NCBI GenBank assembly: GCA_028693165.1
Contig: JAQUVX010000025.1
Span: 271-64,270, forward strand
Length of the DNA stretch: 64,000 nucleotides
Source of the DNA: Lachnospiraceae bacterium
Lineage (GTDB): Bacteria; Bacillota; Clostridia; Lachnospirales; Lachnospiraceae
Direction: 5' to 3'
Shown here: one piece after another, positions 38,318 to 46,296 of the stretch
How the letters are laid out: every line of letters starts with the position of its first letter
Numbering within the stretch: the stretch's first letter is position 1
Made by a program: the position numbers and the translations under genes
Notes under the pieces: generated by a model
Database searches by the model: none
What the model was told of the DNA's origin: nothing
Seen by the model: only the letters and a program-made list of their open reading frames with translations

Positions 38318-39820
38318 ATGAAGGAGAGAATTGTGGCAGGAATTGAGAGAAGACAGAGCGGAGAGAAACGACAGAGCGGAGAAAAAAAGTGGAGCGGCGC
38401 GAAAAGACAGAGTGGAGAGAAGAAGTGGAGTGAGGAGCGGAAGCAGAGTGGCGAGCGGAAGCAGAGCGGCGAGCGGAAGCAGAGTGGCGCGAAGGTAGAG
38501 AGGCCATTTGGCAGAGGGGATTGGTCTGAGAAGTCGGCTGGTAGAGGAGAACGGGCTGAGAAGTCATTTGGCCGGGGCGAACGGTCTGAGAAAACGTTTG
38601 GCAGATCTGACAGGGCTGAGAAGTCGGCTGGGCGCCCTGCACCCAGAGCACCCAAGGTAAAAAGTTTATGTCCGATTTCCAGGCATTGCGGCGGCTGTCA
38701 ATATCTCGATATGCCATACGCAGAGCAGTTGAAACGCAAACAGTCCGAGATGCAGCAATTATTGGGCGGATTTTGCAAGGTGCATGCCATCAAAGGGATG
38801 AAGGACCCGCTGCATTATCGCAATAAGGTGCATGCGGTATTTGGTTATCGCAAAGGCGAGGCAGTATCCGGCGTTTATGAGTCAGGTACGCACAACCTGC
38901 TTCTAGTGGAGAGCTGCATGATCGAAGATCAGAAAGCTGATGAGATCATCGGCACGATTCGTGGAATGCTCAAATCCTTTAAAATCCGCACGTATGACGA
39001 GGACAGCGGCTATGGCCTTCTGCGTCATGTGCTGATCCGCCGTGGCTTTACGACCGGACAGATCATGGTGGTGCTGGTGACGGCCTCACCGGTATTCCCG
39101 TCAAAGAATAATTTCGTCAAGGCGCTGCGCGACAAGCATCCGGAGATCACGACGATTGTCCAGAATCTCAATAATCGCGGAACCAGTATGGTGCTTGGAG
39201 ACAAGGAACATGTGCTATATGGAAAAGGCTATATTGAGGATGAACTTTGTGGCTGCCGCTTTAGGATTTCTCCGAAATCCTTCTACCAGATCAATCCGGT
39301 ACAGACCGAGCACCTGTACGAAAAAGCCATCGCATTGGCCGGACTGACCGGAGAGGAGACGGTTCTGGATGCCTATTGCGGAATCGGCACCATCGGTATC
39401 ATTGCAAGCAGGAAAGCCAAGCAGGTCATCGGCGTAGAACTCAATCAGGATGCTGTCCGCGATGCCGTTCAGAATGCCAAATGCAATGGCATTACCAACA
39501 TCCGTTTCTTCAGCAACGATGCGACGCAGTTCATGCTCCAGATGGCAGAGAGCGGCGATACCGCAGATGTGGTATTCATGGACCCGCCCCGTACCGGAAG
39601 CACCGAGGAGTTCATCCGTGCCGTCGCCGCCGTGAAAGCAAGGCGCGTAGTCTATATCTCCTGCGGCCCGGATACTCTGGCGAGGGATTTGGAAGTGTTT
39701 AGGAAGGCGGGGTATCAGGCAAAAGAAGCGTGGCCGTTTGATTTGTTTCCGATGACGGCACACGTAGAAACGATAATTCTGATGACGTATTGTGGTGACA
39801 AGGCAAAAAACGAGGGTTAA
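38318..39820 (+). CDS. rlmD: 23S rRNA (uracil-5-)-methyltransferase RlmD/RumA with an N-terminal basic repeat extension
   Basis: CPISRHCGGCQ iron-sulfur motif, SAM-binding core (DAYCGIGTIG), C-terminal FPMTAHVET. The ATG at 38318 follows AGGGGG. Confidence 0.85.
   Translation: MKERIVAGIERRQSGEKRQSGEKKWSGAKRQSGEKKWSEERKQSGERKQSGERKQSGAKVERPFGRGDWSEKSAGRGERAEKSFGRGERSEKTFGRSDRAEKSAGRPAPRAPKVKSLCPISRHCGGCQYLDMPYAEQLKRKQSEMQQLLGGFCKVHAIKGMKDPLHYRNKVHAVFGYRKGEAVSGVYESGTHNLLLVESCMIEDQKADEIIGTIRGMLKSFKIRTYDEDSGYGLLRHVLIRRGFTTGQIMVVLVTASPVFPSKNNFVKALRDKHPEITTIVQNLNNRGTSMVLGDKEHVLYGKGYIEDELCGCRFRISPKSFYQINPVQTEHLYEKAIALAGLTGEETVLDAYCGIGTIGIIASRKAKQVIGVELNQDAVRDAVQNAKCNGITNIRFFSNDATQFMLQMAESGDTADVVFMDPPRTGSTEEFIRAVAAVKARRVVYISCGPDTLARDLEVFRKAGYQAKEAWPFDLFPMTAHVETIILMTYCGDKAKNEG
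38345..38640 (+). repeat. In-frame tandem repeats encoding RQSGEK/KQSGER and FGRGERSEKS units
   Basis: Directly visible head-to-tail repeats such as gagcggaagcagagyggcga. They are contiguous, with no spacers. Confidence 0.9.
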
Positions 39821-39967
39821 ACCACAAGATGTAGTGGTTTTGGAGCGATTTTGGGGCGAAAAAACGGGTGAAAAAGTGCCGTTTTTGACCCCTGAAAAAG
39901 AGCCAAAATATAGATGACATAGGGTATTTCATAAGATGTGCCGATAAAATTGAATAGTAAGCAGCCA

Positions 39968-40009
39968 AATAGGCAGTGGATAATGATAAAATCCACTGCC
40001 TATTTTTTA
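39968..40009 (+). terminator. Orphan strong hairpin with T-run at the element edge
   Basis: AATAGGCAGTGGA / TCCACTGCCTATT perfect 13-bp stem followed by TTTTT. There is no ORF upstream of it in this orientation. Confidence 0.6.
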
Positions 40010-40041
40010 TGCCATAAATTTTGAAGAAAGGAGTTTTTCAA

Positions 40042-40629
40042 ATGTCAAGATATTTTTTATATGGCACAAGATTTTCTGAATTTGAACAGATGATGATGCT
40101 TGTGCCAAATTTTATTCCAAGAAAGAAGGGACTGATTATTATGGAAAGTTTAACGGCTGAATGCAGCCAAAACGATACCAATTATAAAAGGTTGGTGAAA
40201 AGCTGTTTTACAACTTATCGCAACCGCTACTTAAACAAGAGGTTGCAAAAGCTAATGCAGAGCTTTGAGGGTGACTGCTTTTTGAACACAAACCATAAAC
40301 AAAGATTTATGAGCAAGTATAATCCTTATATGTACAAAAAGAACTGTGCGATATTATATCTGCTTTCTGCTGATGAGGATTTATGGCAGCGAGCATACAG
40401 GAGTATTTATGCAGATAGGATAACCGTAACGGATATTCCACTTCGGGGAATTAGCACAGATGGATATGCCATCTACCAAACGGCAAGAACAGTTAGCACA
40501 GGAAAAAAGCACATATATATTAATGAAATCGCCGATGACCAGCTCATCGGCGATTTTGCATTTAAAGCAATTATCGTTGGTATAGTGATTGCCAAATATG
40601 GTGGCAAAGTGTTTGGTATCAGAACATAA
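40042..40629 (+). CDS. Hypothetical protein of the mobile element
   Basis: The ATG at 40042 is 8 nt after AAAGGAG. AT-rich. No family securely recognised. Confidence 0.5.
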   Translation: MSRYFLYGTRFSEFEQMMMLVPNFIPRKKGLIIMESLTAECSQNDTNYKRLVKSCFTTYRNRYLNKRLQKLMQSFEGDCFLNTNHKQRFMSKYNPYMYKKNCAILYLLSADEDLWQRAYRSIYADRITVTDIPLRGISTDGYAIYQTARTVSTGKKHIYINEIADDQLIGDFAFKAIIVGIVIAKYGGKVFGIRT

Positions 40630-40634
40630 AAAAG

Positions 40635-42119
40635 GAGTGTGTGAAGAAAAGTCTGTAAATGCTACTCTTCTATGATAATAACTGGGCTGAAAGTTCCTTG
40701 TTGGACTTTCAGCCCTTGCTTTATATATAACAGCACATGCTATTGCATGTCAAGAGCAGGCGAATAATCCGCCTGAGCAAAATAAGATAAATTGCTTTAT
40801 TCCGGCAGCCGACCTTCGTACATGATGCTCAGTTCACCATAGACCTGACCCCAGTTTCTGATGGGCATAGACCATTTCTTTGTGGCTTCAAACGTGGACA
40901 GGTACAAGGCTTTCAAAAGTGCTGTATCACTTGGGAACACGCTTCGCTGGCGATTTAGCTTGCGATATGTGGCATTCAGGCTCTCAATGGCGTTGGTCGT
41001 ATAAATAACCTTCCTGACCGTTGTGGAGAACTTGAAAATCGGGGAAATGGCGTCCCAGTTCTGTTTCCAGCTCCTCATGGAACCCGGATATTTTTCGCTC
41101 CATTTTTCAGTGACCCGTTCCAGGGCGTCCAGGGCTTTTTCTTCCGTTGGTGCCTGATAGATTGTTTTGAGATCTGCACAGAAGGGCTTTCTTTCCTTGT
41201 CTGACACATATTTCATGGTATTACGCACCTGATGCACGATACAGCGTTGATATTCGGTCTTTGGATACGCTGCTGCGATTGCCTCTTTGATGCCACTGAG
41301 TCCATCTGCACAAATGATTAAAATATCTTTTACTCCTCGGTTTTTTAAGCCGTTTAGTACAGATAGCCAATATTTGGAACTTTCGTTTTCGCCAACCTCG
41401 ATGGTCAGGACTTCTTTACGTCCATCCTGATTTATGCCAAGTATCACATAGGCTGCAAGCTTGTGGATCACTCCATTATCACGAACCGAGTAATGGATGG
41501 CGTCTATGTAGAGTACCGGATATACCTCTGAAAGGGGGCGGTTCTGCCAGTCTTCAATCTGTGGCATGATTTTATCTGTAACATCAGAAATAAAGCCTTC
41601 CGATGCCTCAAAGCCATAAATATCCTCCAGCGTATCGGAAATCTGTCTTGTGGTCATTCCCTTGGCATACATGGAAATGATTTTCTGGTCGATATCAGAT
41701 ATATCTTTCTGACGTTTTTTGACTACCTGTGGCTCGAACGTGGACTTGCGATCCTGGGGAACCCGAATATCCATGCTGCCATAGCTGCTATTGATGCGCT
41801 TAGATTTATAGCCATTACGGTAATCTTCCGTGTCAGAACGTTCTGACTTTTCATAGCCCAGATGCTCATCCATCTCTGTTTCCATCATTTCTTTAATCGT
41901 GCCGCCCAACAGATCTTTAAGTGCATCCTGAATATCTTCTGCGGACTGGATGTCATACTCCTGAAGGAGCTGCTGGATAATGTTCCTTTTCCCCTCTGTC
42001 ATTTGTACCTTGTGTACTGGTTTCTTTTCTCTTGCCATAATTAAAGGCCTCCTATGATTTTTTATTTTATCATAGAAGACCTTGGAAATCTTTATTTACA
42101 GAAAAACTTTCACATGCCC
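40635..42119 (-). mobile_element. IS256-family insertion sequence with an 8-bp target-site duplication
   Basis: Single transposase ORF. Imperfect terminal inverted repeats (GAGTGTGTGAAGAAAAGTCTGTAAAT versus the reverse complement of the other end, GGGCATGTGAAAGTTTTTCTGTAAAT). Direct repeat TAAAAAAG at 40627..40634 and 42120..42127. Confidence 0.85.
40797..42038 (-). CDS. IS256 family (Mutator-type) transposase
   Basis: 413-aa protein. The N-terminal LLQEYDIQSAEDIQDALKDLLGGTIKEMMETEMDEHLGY and central YVDAIHYSVRDNG segments are typical of IS256 transposases. Confidence 0.93.
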   Translation of the reverse strand: MAREKKPVHKVQMTEGKRNIIQQLLQEYDIQSAEDIQDALKDLLGGTIKEMMETEMDEHLGYEKSERSDTEDYRNGYKSKRINSSYGSMDIRVPQDRKSTFEPQVVKKRQKDISDIDQKIISMYAKGMTTRQISDTLEDIYGFEASEGFISDVTDKIMPQIEDWQNRPLSEVYPVLYIDAIHYSVRDNGVIHKLAAYVILGINQDGRKEVLTIEVGENESSKYWLSVLNGLKNRGVKDILIICADGLSGIKEAIAAAYPKTEYQRCIVHQVRNTMKYVSDKERKPFCADLKTIYQAPTEEKALDALERVTEKWSEKYPGSMRSWKQNWDAISPIFKFSTTVRKVIYTTNAIESLNATYRKLNRQRSVFPSDTALLKALYLSTFEATKKWSMPIRNWGQVYGELSIMYEGRLPE

Positions 42120-42153
42120 TAAAAAAGAGAACCTATAAAAATAGGCTCCCTCA

Positions 42154-42396
42154 CTACTTGCTGTAGCTCATCAAATCGCTGATATTACAGTCCAGCACAT
42201 AGCAGATTCTGGTCAGCACATCAATATCCATTCGCTCAATATTGCCGTTGTACCATTTGTCCGCAACTTCAAAACGAACATCGGCAAGCTTCGCTAAGGC
42301 ACTGCGGGTTAAGTTTTTGCTGTCCATCATGTCCTTGATATGAAAGGATATTTTGCCGTAATCCTTTAACTCGAAAATAGAGTTTGCACTCTCCAT
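42154..42396 (-). CDS. XRE family helix-turn-helix regulator
   Basis: The ATG at 42396 follows AGAGGTGA. HTH region LTRSALAKLADVRFEVADKW...ICYVLDCNISDL. Confidence 0.8.
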   Translation of the reverse strand: MESANSIFELKDYGKISFHIKDMMDSKNLTRSALAKLADVRFEVADKWYNGNIERMDIDVLTRICYVLDCNISDLMSYSK

Positions 42397-42439
42397 AGTT
42401 ATCACCTCTCTGTAAATAGTCTATCCAAGTGAATACCGG

Positions 42440-42479
42440 TTGACTATCTACACATATATAGATACTATTTATATAGTAT
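42440..42479 (+). promoter_or_regulatory. Candidate sigma-A promoter with an overlapping palindromic operator in the XRE/DUF1273 divergent region
   Basis: TTGACT (42440..42445), an 18-nt spacer, then TACTAT. The perfect inverted repeat ATACTAT-ttat-ATAGTAT (42462..42479) covers the -10 element. Confidence 0.5.
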
Positions 42480-42499
42480 TATCTAAGGAGAGTGAACCT

Positions 42500-43012
42500 A
42501 TGCAGAAGAAAGAACACGCACTTATGTTTACAGGTCATCGCAGCGAAAAGCTGCCAAAAGATGAAGAACAGCTTGAAAAGCTAAAGCAATTATTATGGGA
42601 AGAAATTGAGAAAGCAATCGAAGGAGGTATTGACACATTTTACTTTGGGGCTTGCTATGGCTGGGATTTATTGTGTGCTGAAACAGTATTAAATCAGAGA
42701 AAAATAATCAGAATGGACAAGCCACAGCAAATTAAACTGGTCGGTGTTCTACCTTGGGAAGATCAAGCCGTTCGATGGAACGAAGCAAATCGAGAAATCT
42801 ATTACAACACGCTGGCACAGTGCGATGAAGTAATCACCCTGCACACGCACTTTCAGCGTGGCTGCTATCATGAGAGAAATCGGTATATGGTTGACCGAAG
42901 TAGTGAGATGATTTGCTACTATGATGGCGGCAGTGGTGGAACAGCCTACACAGTAAAATATGCAGAAAAGCACAACTTGAAAATTACAAATCTATATGGA
43001 ACAGATATTTAG
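42500..43012 (+). CDS. SLOG-superfamily DUF1273 (YpsA-like) protein
   Basis: The FTGHRSEKLP, FGACYGWDLLCAE and DGGSGGTAYTVKYA segments parallel the B. subtilis YpsA layout. The ATG at 42500 follows AAGGAGAG. Confidence 0.7.
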   Translation: MQKKEHALMFTGHRSEKLPKDEEQLEKLKQLLWEEIEKAIEGGIDTFYFGACYGWDLLCAETVLNQRKIIRMDKPQQIKLVGVLPWEDQAVRWNEANREIYYNTLAQCDEVITLHTHFQRGCYHERNRYMVDRSSEMICYYDGGSGGTAYTVKYAEKHNLKITNLYGTDI

Positions 43013-43056
43013 AGTCACTTCACAGTGGCTCTTTTTTAATGTCAGGAGGAAAAAAT

Positions 43057-44718
43057 ATGCGTACAATGCTTCAATTTATTCATGGAGAGAATTACAAAAA
43101 TCATGCGTTCCCCAGCGGAGAAAAGGAGTTGCAGATATTATGCGACAGCCTTGATATCCCCAACACTACAGAAACCCAATTGCAGATAGCCACAGGCTAT
43201 GACAATGAAAGAATAAACACATTGCTGTCAGGAAAAACAGTTAATTTGGATAAGCTAAACTTTCTTGCAAAAAGGCTTGACAGCTTCGATGCCAATGAGC
43301 TAACCACCTTTTATGCAGCCGCCAGTGCTGAAAAGCTTGAAGATATGGACAGTCTCATCAACCTCACCTTCAACACCCACTGTTACAGCGTTGTAAGCGA
43401 TTTTAGCGACTTGAATGCGGTGGGCAGAAGAATGTACCTAACGGAGCATGGCGGCACCACTGTGGCAGAGCTTGACAGCCTTGACGGACAAAGCTACTTC
43501 GAAAAGGTTCGTGCAGATAATCCAAACCCTGCAATTACCCCATACGGTATCGTGTATCGCAACGGTAACGAATATGAACACATTTATGATGGCAGCCATT
43601 TCCCCCGTTATGAATGGCAGGATAACATGGGTACGCTAACGCTTAGCAAGGATGGTGAACAGGAATTTTTGTATCTGCCCTTTGAGCCTGCGGAACTTAA
43701 TAAGGCTATGGAGCGATTGGGTACAACTGATTTTACAGGCTGCACCGCAGAGCTTGACAGTCGTGTCTTTAATGATGAAATGAAAAATATCATTGGCAGA
43801 GTAAATGAGCCAACCGCTGAAACCATAAATAGACTCAATCATTTTGCTAAAAAAGTGCAGAGCTTCGGTATAAAGGAAATGCCGTTTTTGAACACCCTTA
43901 TGAACGAATTGCAGCCCCAAACAGAGCAGGACTTGGACGCTCTGCTCGACAGTGCCTACGAGTTTGAATTGTATCGTGGAATTCATTCCGCCAAGGACTA
44001 CGGCAGATATATGATCTGTGACAGCGGTCATTTTGAGTACGATGAGAATTTAGAGGAATATATTGATTTTGAAGGCTACGGCAGCCAAAGGCTGAAAAAT
44101 GAAAATGGAGCTTTTACCCACTCTGGATATATTATCTACCACGGCTATAATATGGAGCTTGCCAATATGCTTTCTGAAATCGGTATTGAACCCCCGATGC
44201 CGCAAACCCAGACCCTAAAGCTGTATATGCCGCTGAAAGCCACCACTTATTATGATGAAAACGACTATGGTGACCTTTATCAGACGGATGTTGAATTAGA
44301 TATCTATCCATCAGAGCTTGCCGAATATGAAGATGAAATCTTGCAAGCTATAAAAAACAACGGATTGCCCGAGGAAAATCAGCGTGGACTCATGAGCTAT
44401 TACGGTGAAACCGATTCGGTTAATGCAAAGGTCAAACGCTATGATTTTTCAGTAGAGAATGTCCGTGGTGAACTGATGGGTGTGGCTGTTCTTACATTAA
44501 ATGCTCCTCTTGATACTGCCGAACTTGAGAAAATAAAAGGAACCATTTCCGGGCAATGCTCAGACGGCTGGGGCGAGGGCTTTGAGCAAAGAGAGATAGA
44601 CTGCAACGGCAAAGAAGTTTATGTAAGCTTCTGGCAGAGCAAAAACTGGAGCTTACAGACTGCGGCAGAGCTTGGCATTGATGAACCAAAGCAGGAAATG
44701 ACGATGGGAGGAATGTGA
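43057..44718 (+). CDS. Acidic protein with two ArdA-like repeat modules (putative anti-restriction protein)
   Basis: It contains two internal copies of an LNxxAxxL...E...LINL...D-G module, which is also present twice in the gene at 45007. It is rich in D/E. The ATG at 43057 follows AGGAGGA. Confidence 0.5.
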   Translation: MRTMLQFIHGENYKNHAFPSGEKELQILCDSLDIPNTTETQLQIATGYDNERINTLLSGKTVNLDKLNFLAKRLDSFDANELTTFYAAASAEKLEDMDSLINLTFNTHCYSVVSDFSDLNAVGRRMYLTEHGGTTVAELDSLDGQSYFEKVRADNPNPAITPYGIVYRNGNEYEHIYDGSHFPRYEWQDNMGTLTLSKDGEQEFLYLPFEPAELNKAMERLGTTDFTGCTAELDSRVFNDEMKNIIGRVNEPTAETINRLNHFAKKVQSFGIKEMPFLNTLMNELQPQTEQDLDALLDSAYEFELYRGIHSAKDYGRYMICDSGHFEYDENLEEYIDFEGYGSQRLKNENGAFTHSGYIIYHGYNMELANMLSEIGIEPPMPQTQTLKLYMPLKATTYYDENDYGDLYQTDVELDIYPSELAEYEDEILQAIKNNGLPEENQRGLMSYYGETDSVNAKVKRYDFSVENVRGELMGVAVLTLNAPLDTAELEKIKGTISGQCSDGWGEGFEQREIDCNGKEVYVSFWQSKNWSLQTAAELGIDEPKQEMTMGGM

Positions 44719-44719
44719 A

Positions 44720-45010
44720 ATGCGTGGATTTCCAACAAGAGAACAGGTAGACGAAATCAAAGAGCGATACCCCATCGGCACAGTAATTGAGCTGACCGCA
44801 GATATGGAGGATGTCTACGCTCCCATTCCAAAAGGAACTCAGGGCGAAATTTCTTCAATCGATGATGTTGGCACTTTGCATATGAAATGGAGCAATGGGA
44901 GATCGCTTGGTGTGGTGGCTGGCGAGGACAGTTTCAAAGTGATTTCAAAACCGGAGGAACAGGAAATGGAATCGCCCAAAATGGATGGAATCGGAGGTAT
45001 GAACTTATGA
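44720..45010 (+). CDS. DUF4314-like small protein
   Basis: RYPIGTVIELTADMEDVYAPIPKGTQGEISSIDDVGTLHMKWSNGRSLGVV matches my memory of the DUF4314 pattern. It is coupled to both neighbouring genes. Confidence 0.65.
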   Translation: MRGFPTREQVDEIKERYPIGTVIELTADMEDVYAPIPKGTQGEISSIDDVGTLHMKWSNGRSLGVVAGEDSFKVISKPEEQEMESPKMDGIGGMNL

Positions 45011-46206
45011 GAGTGCTAAAGGCACAAGTATATAATCCGCAAAATGAAGCCTTTGCAGACATTGAGCTTCCTGCAAGGTATGAGGAATTAGAGGACACCT
45101 TGCAGATATTAAATGGCAGCAATGAAAGTTGTGCTACGGATATACGACACTTCTTGGGAGATGTGATCCTGCTGGAAAACAAGACGGTTCAGCCATGCAA
45201 CCTGTATGAAATGAACTACTTTGCTACATTGGTGGACAACATGGAAGATTACCGAAAGCTGCAATTTGCTGGTCTAACCGAAGCAGAAAGTACAGAATGC
45301 CCTACGATGGAAGAACTTATCAACCTTGCACTTAACCTCCCCACTCTTAATTGCTACCATACACCCGCCACCTGCGATAAGGATTTGGGTGACTTTTACA
45401 TCGACAACGAACTGCTACCACAGCTTACCGATTTGGAGAATCTAACCGATGAACAGTATGAATGGGTGCGTGAGCATTTGGATGAAGAAAAAATAGGCAG
45501 AGAAATGCGTGATCAGGAAAAAGGTGTGTTTACCAGTGCTGGATATTTTGTAAAAAATGAGGAAATCAAACAGCTGTATGATGGAACTCCTATTGTTCCG
45601 AAACCCTGCGATTACATCTTCCGATTGGAGCTTGCCCTTGTTCCCCAAGGTGATGAGCCGAATGACCAAAATACAATTAGTCTAAAGCTTCCTGCATCCC
45701 AAGCAGATGTGCAGAGAACCTTGGAGGAAATCGGTGCAGACAGCATGGATGACTGCTGTTTTTACGGCTATGAAAGCTTGGTCGTACCACAGCTTGCCGA
45801 TTGCTATGGTGACAACGAGGACTTCGATCCCCTCAATCATCTTGCCGAGAATATCAACCGATTTAACGGAGATGAGCTTGTAAAATATAAAGCAATGCTT
45901 GAAGCAGCACAGTGCCAGGATATTGAAACTGCAATCACTATCTATGAGAAAATGGACGATTTCACCCTCGATCGAAGTTGTGGTACAGCCACTGATTATG
46001 CAGATAAAATACTGGACAGCCTTGACCTGCCGATGAAAGAGCAGCTCAGCCGACATATTTCCAAGAATGGATATGGCAAAGCTCTGATGGAGCATAACGG
46101 TGTGGACAATACCTCCTATGGAATGTTAATTCCCGATAACGGTATCCGGCTCTCAGAGCAAATGCAAAAGCAAAATAATGATATGGAAATGACCATATCA
46201 ATGTAA
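45007..46206 (+). CDS. Acidic protein, paralog of the 43057 product, with two ArdA-like modules
   Basis: ATGA overlap with the upstream gene. Modules MNYFATLVDNMED...ELINLALNL and LNHLAENINRFNGDEL... Confidence 0.5.
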   Translation: MRVLKAQVYNPQNEAFADIELPARYEELEDTLQILNGSNESCATDIRHFLGDVILLENKTVQPCNLYEMNYFATLVDNMEDYRKLQFAGLTEAESTECPTMEELINLALNLPTLNCYHTPATCDKDLGDFYIDNELLPQLTDLENLTDEQYEWVREHLDEEKIGREMRDQEKGVFTSAGYFVKNEEIKQLYDGTPIVPKPCDYIFRLELALVPQGDEPNDQNTISLKLPASQADVQRTLEEIGADSMDDCCFYGYESLVVPQLADCYGDNEDFDPLNHLAENINRFNGDELVKYKAMLEAAQCQDIETAITIYEKMDDFTLDRSCGTATDYADKILDSLDLPMKEQLSRHISKNGYGKALMEHNGVDNTSYGMLIPDNGIRLSEQMQKQNNDMEMTISM

Positions 46207-46222
46207 CAGAACAAAAAATTAT

Positions 46223-46268
46223 GGCCGTCCTATTGGTGCAGCGTTGCACCGATGGGGCGGCCTTTTTT
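46223..46268 (+). terminator. Intrinsic terminator
   Basis: Long hairpin from GGCCGTCC...GGTGCA to TGCACC...GGGGCGGCC, followed by TTTTTT. Confidence 0.75.
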
Positions 46269-46296
46269 GTTTTTCACAAGGAAAGGAATGAGGAAA

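Noticed and set aside
38345-38640. Regular short repeats that could superficially suggest a CRISPR array
   Set aside because: The repeats are contiguous with no unique spacers. They are in frame inside the rlmD ORF and encode a peptide repeat. The long minus-strand ORFs here (38236..38717) are mirror artefacts of the repeat.
39699-39968. 89-aa minus-strand ORF at the rlmD/element junction
   Set aside because: It overlaps the 3' end of rlmD and the junction hairpins, with no RBS. The region is more likely non-coding junction sequence.
44700-45010. Whether the MGGM / GIGGM protein tails are purely a by-product of embedded Shine-Dalgarno sequences
   Set aside because: This is only partly rejected. 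GGAGG inside these codons does serve as the RBS of the next gene at 44720 and 45007, and possibly at 49336. However, Met-rich tails also occur at 46206, 49899 and 50293, where the downstream RBS is separate. The observation is therefore kept as a finding with this caveat.
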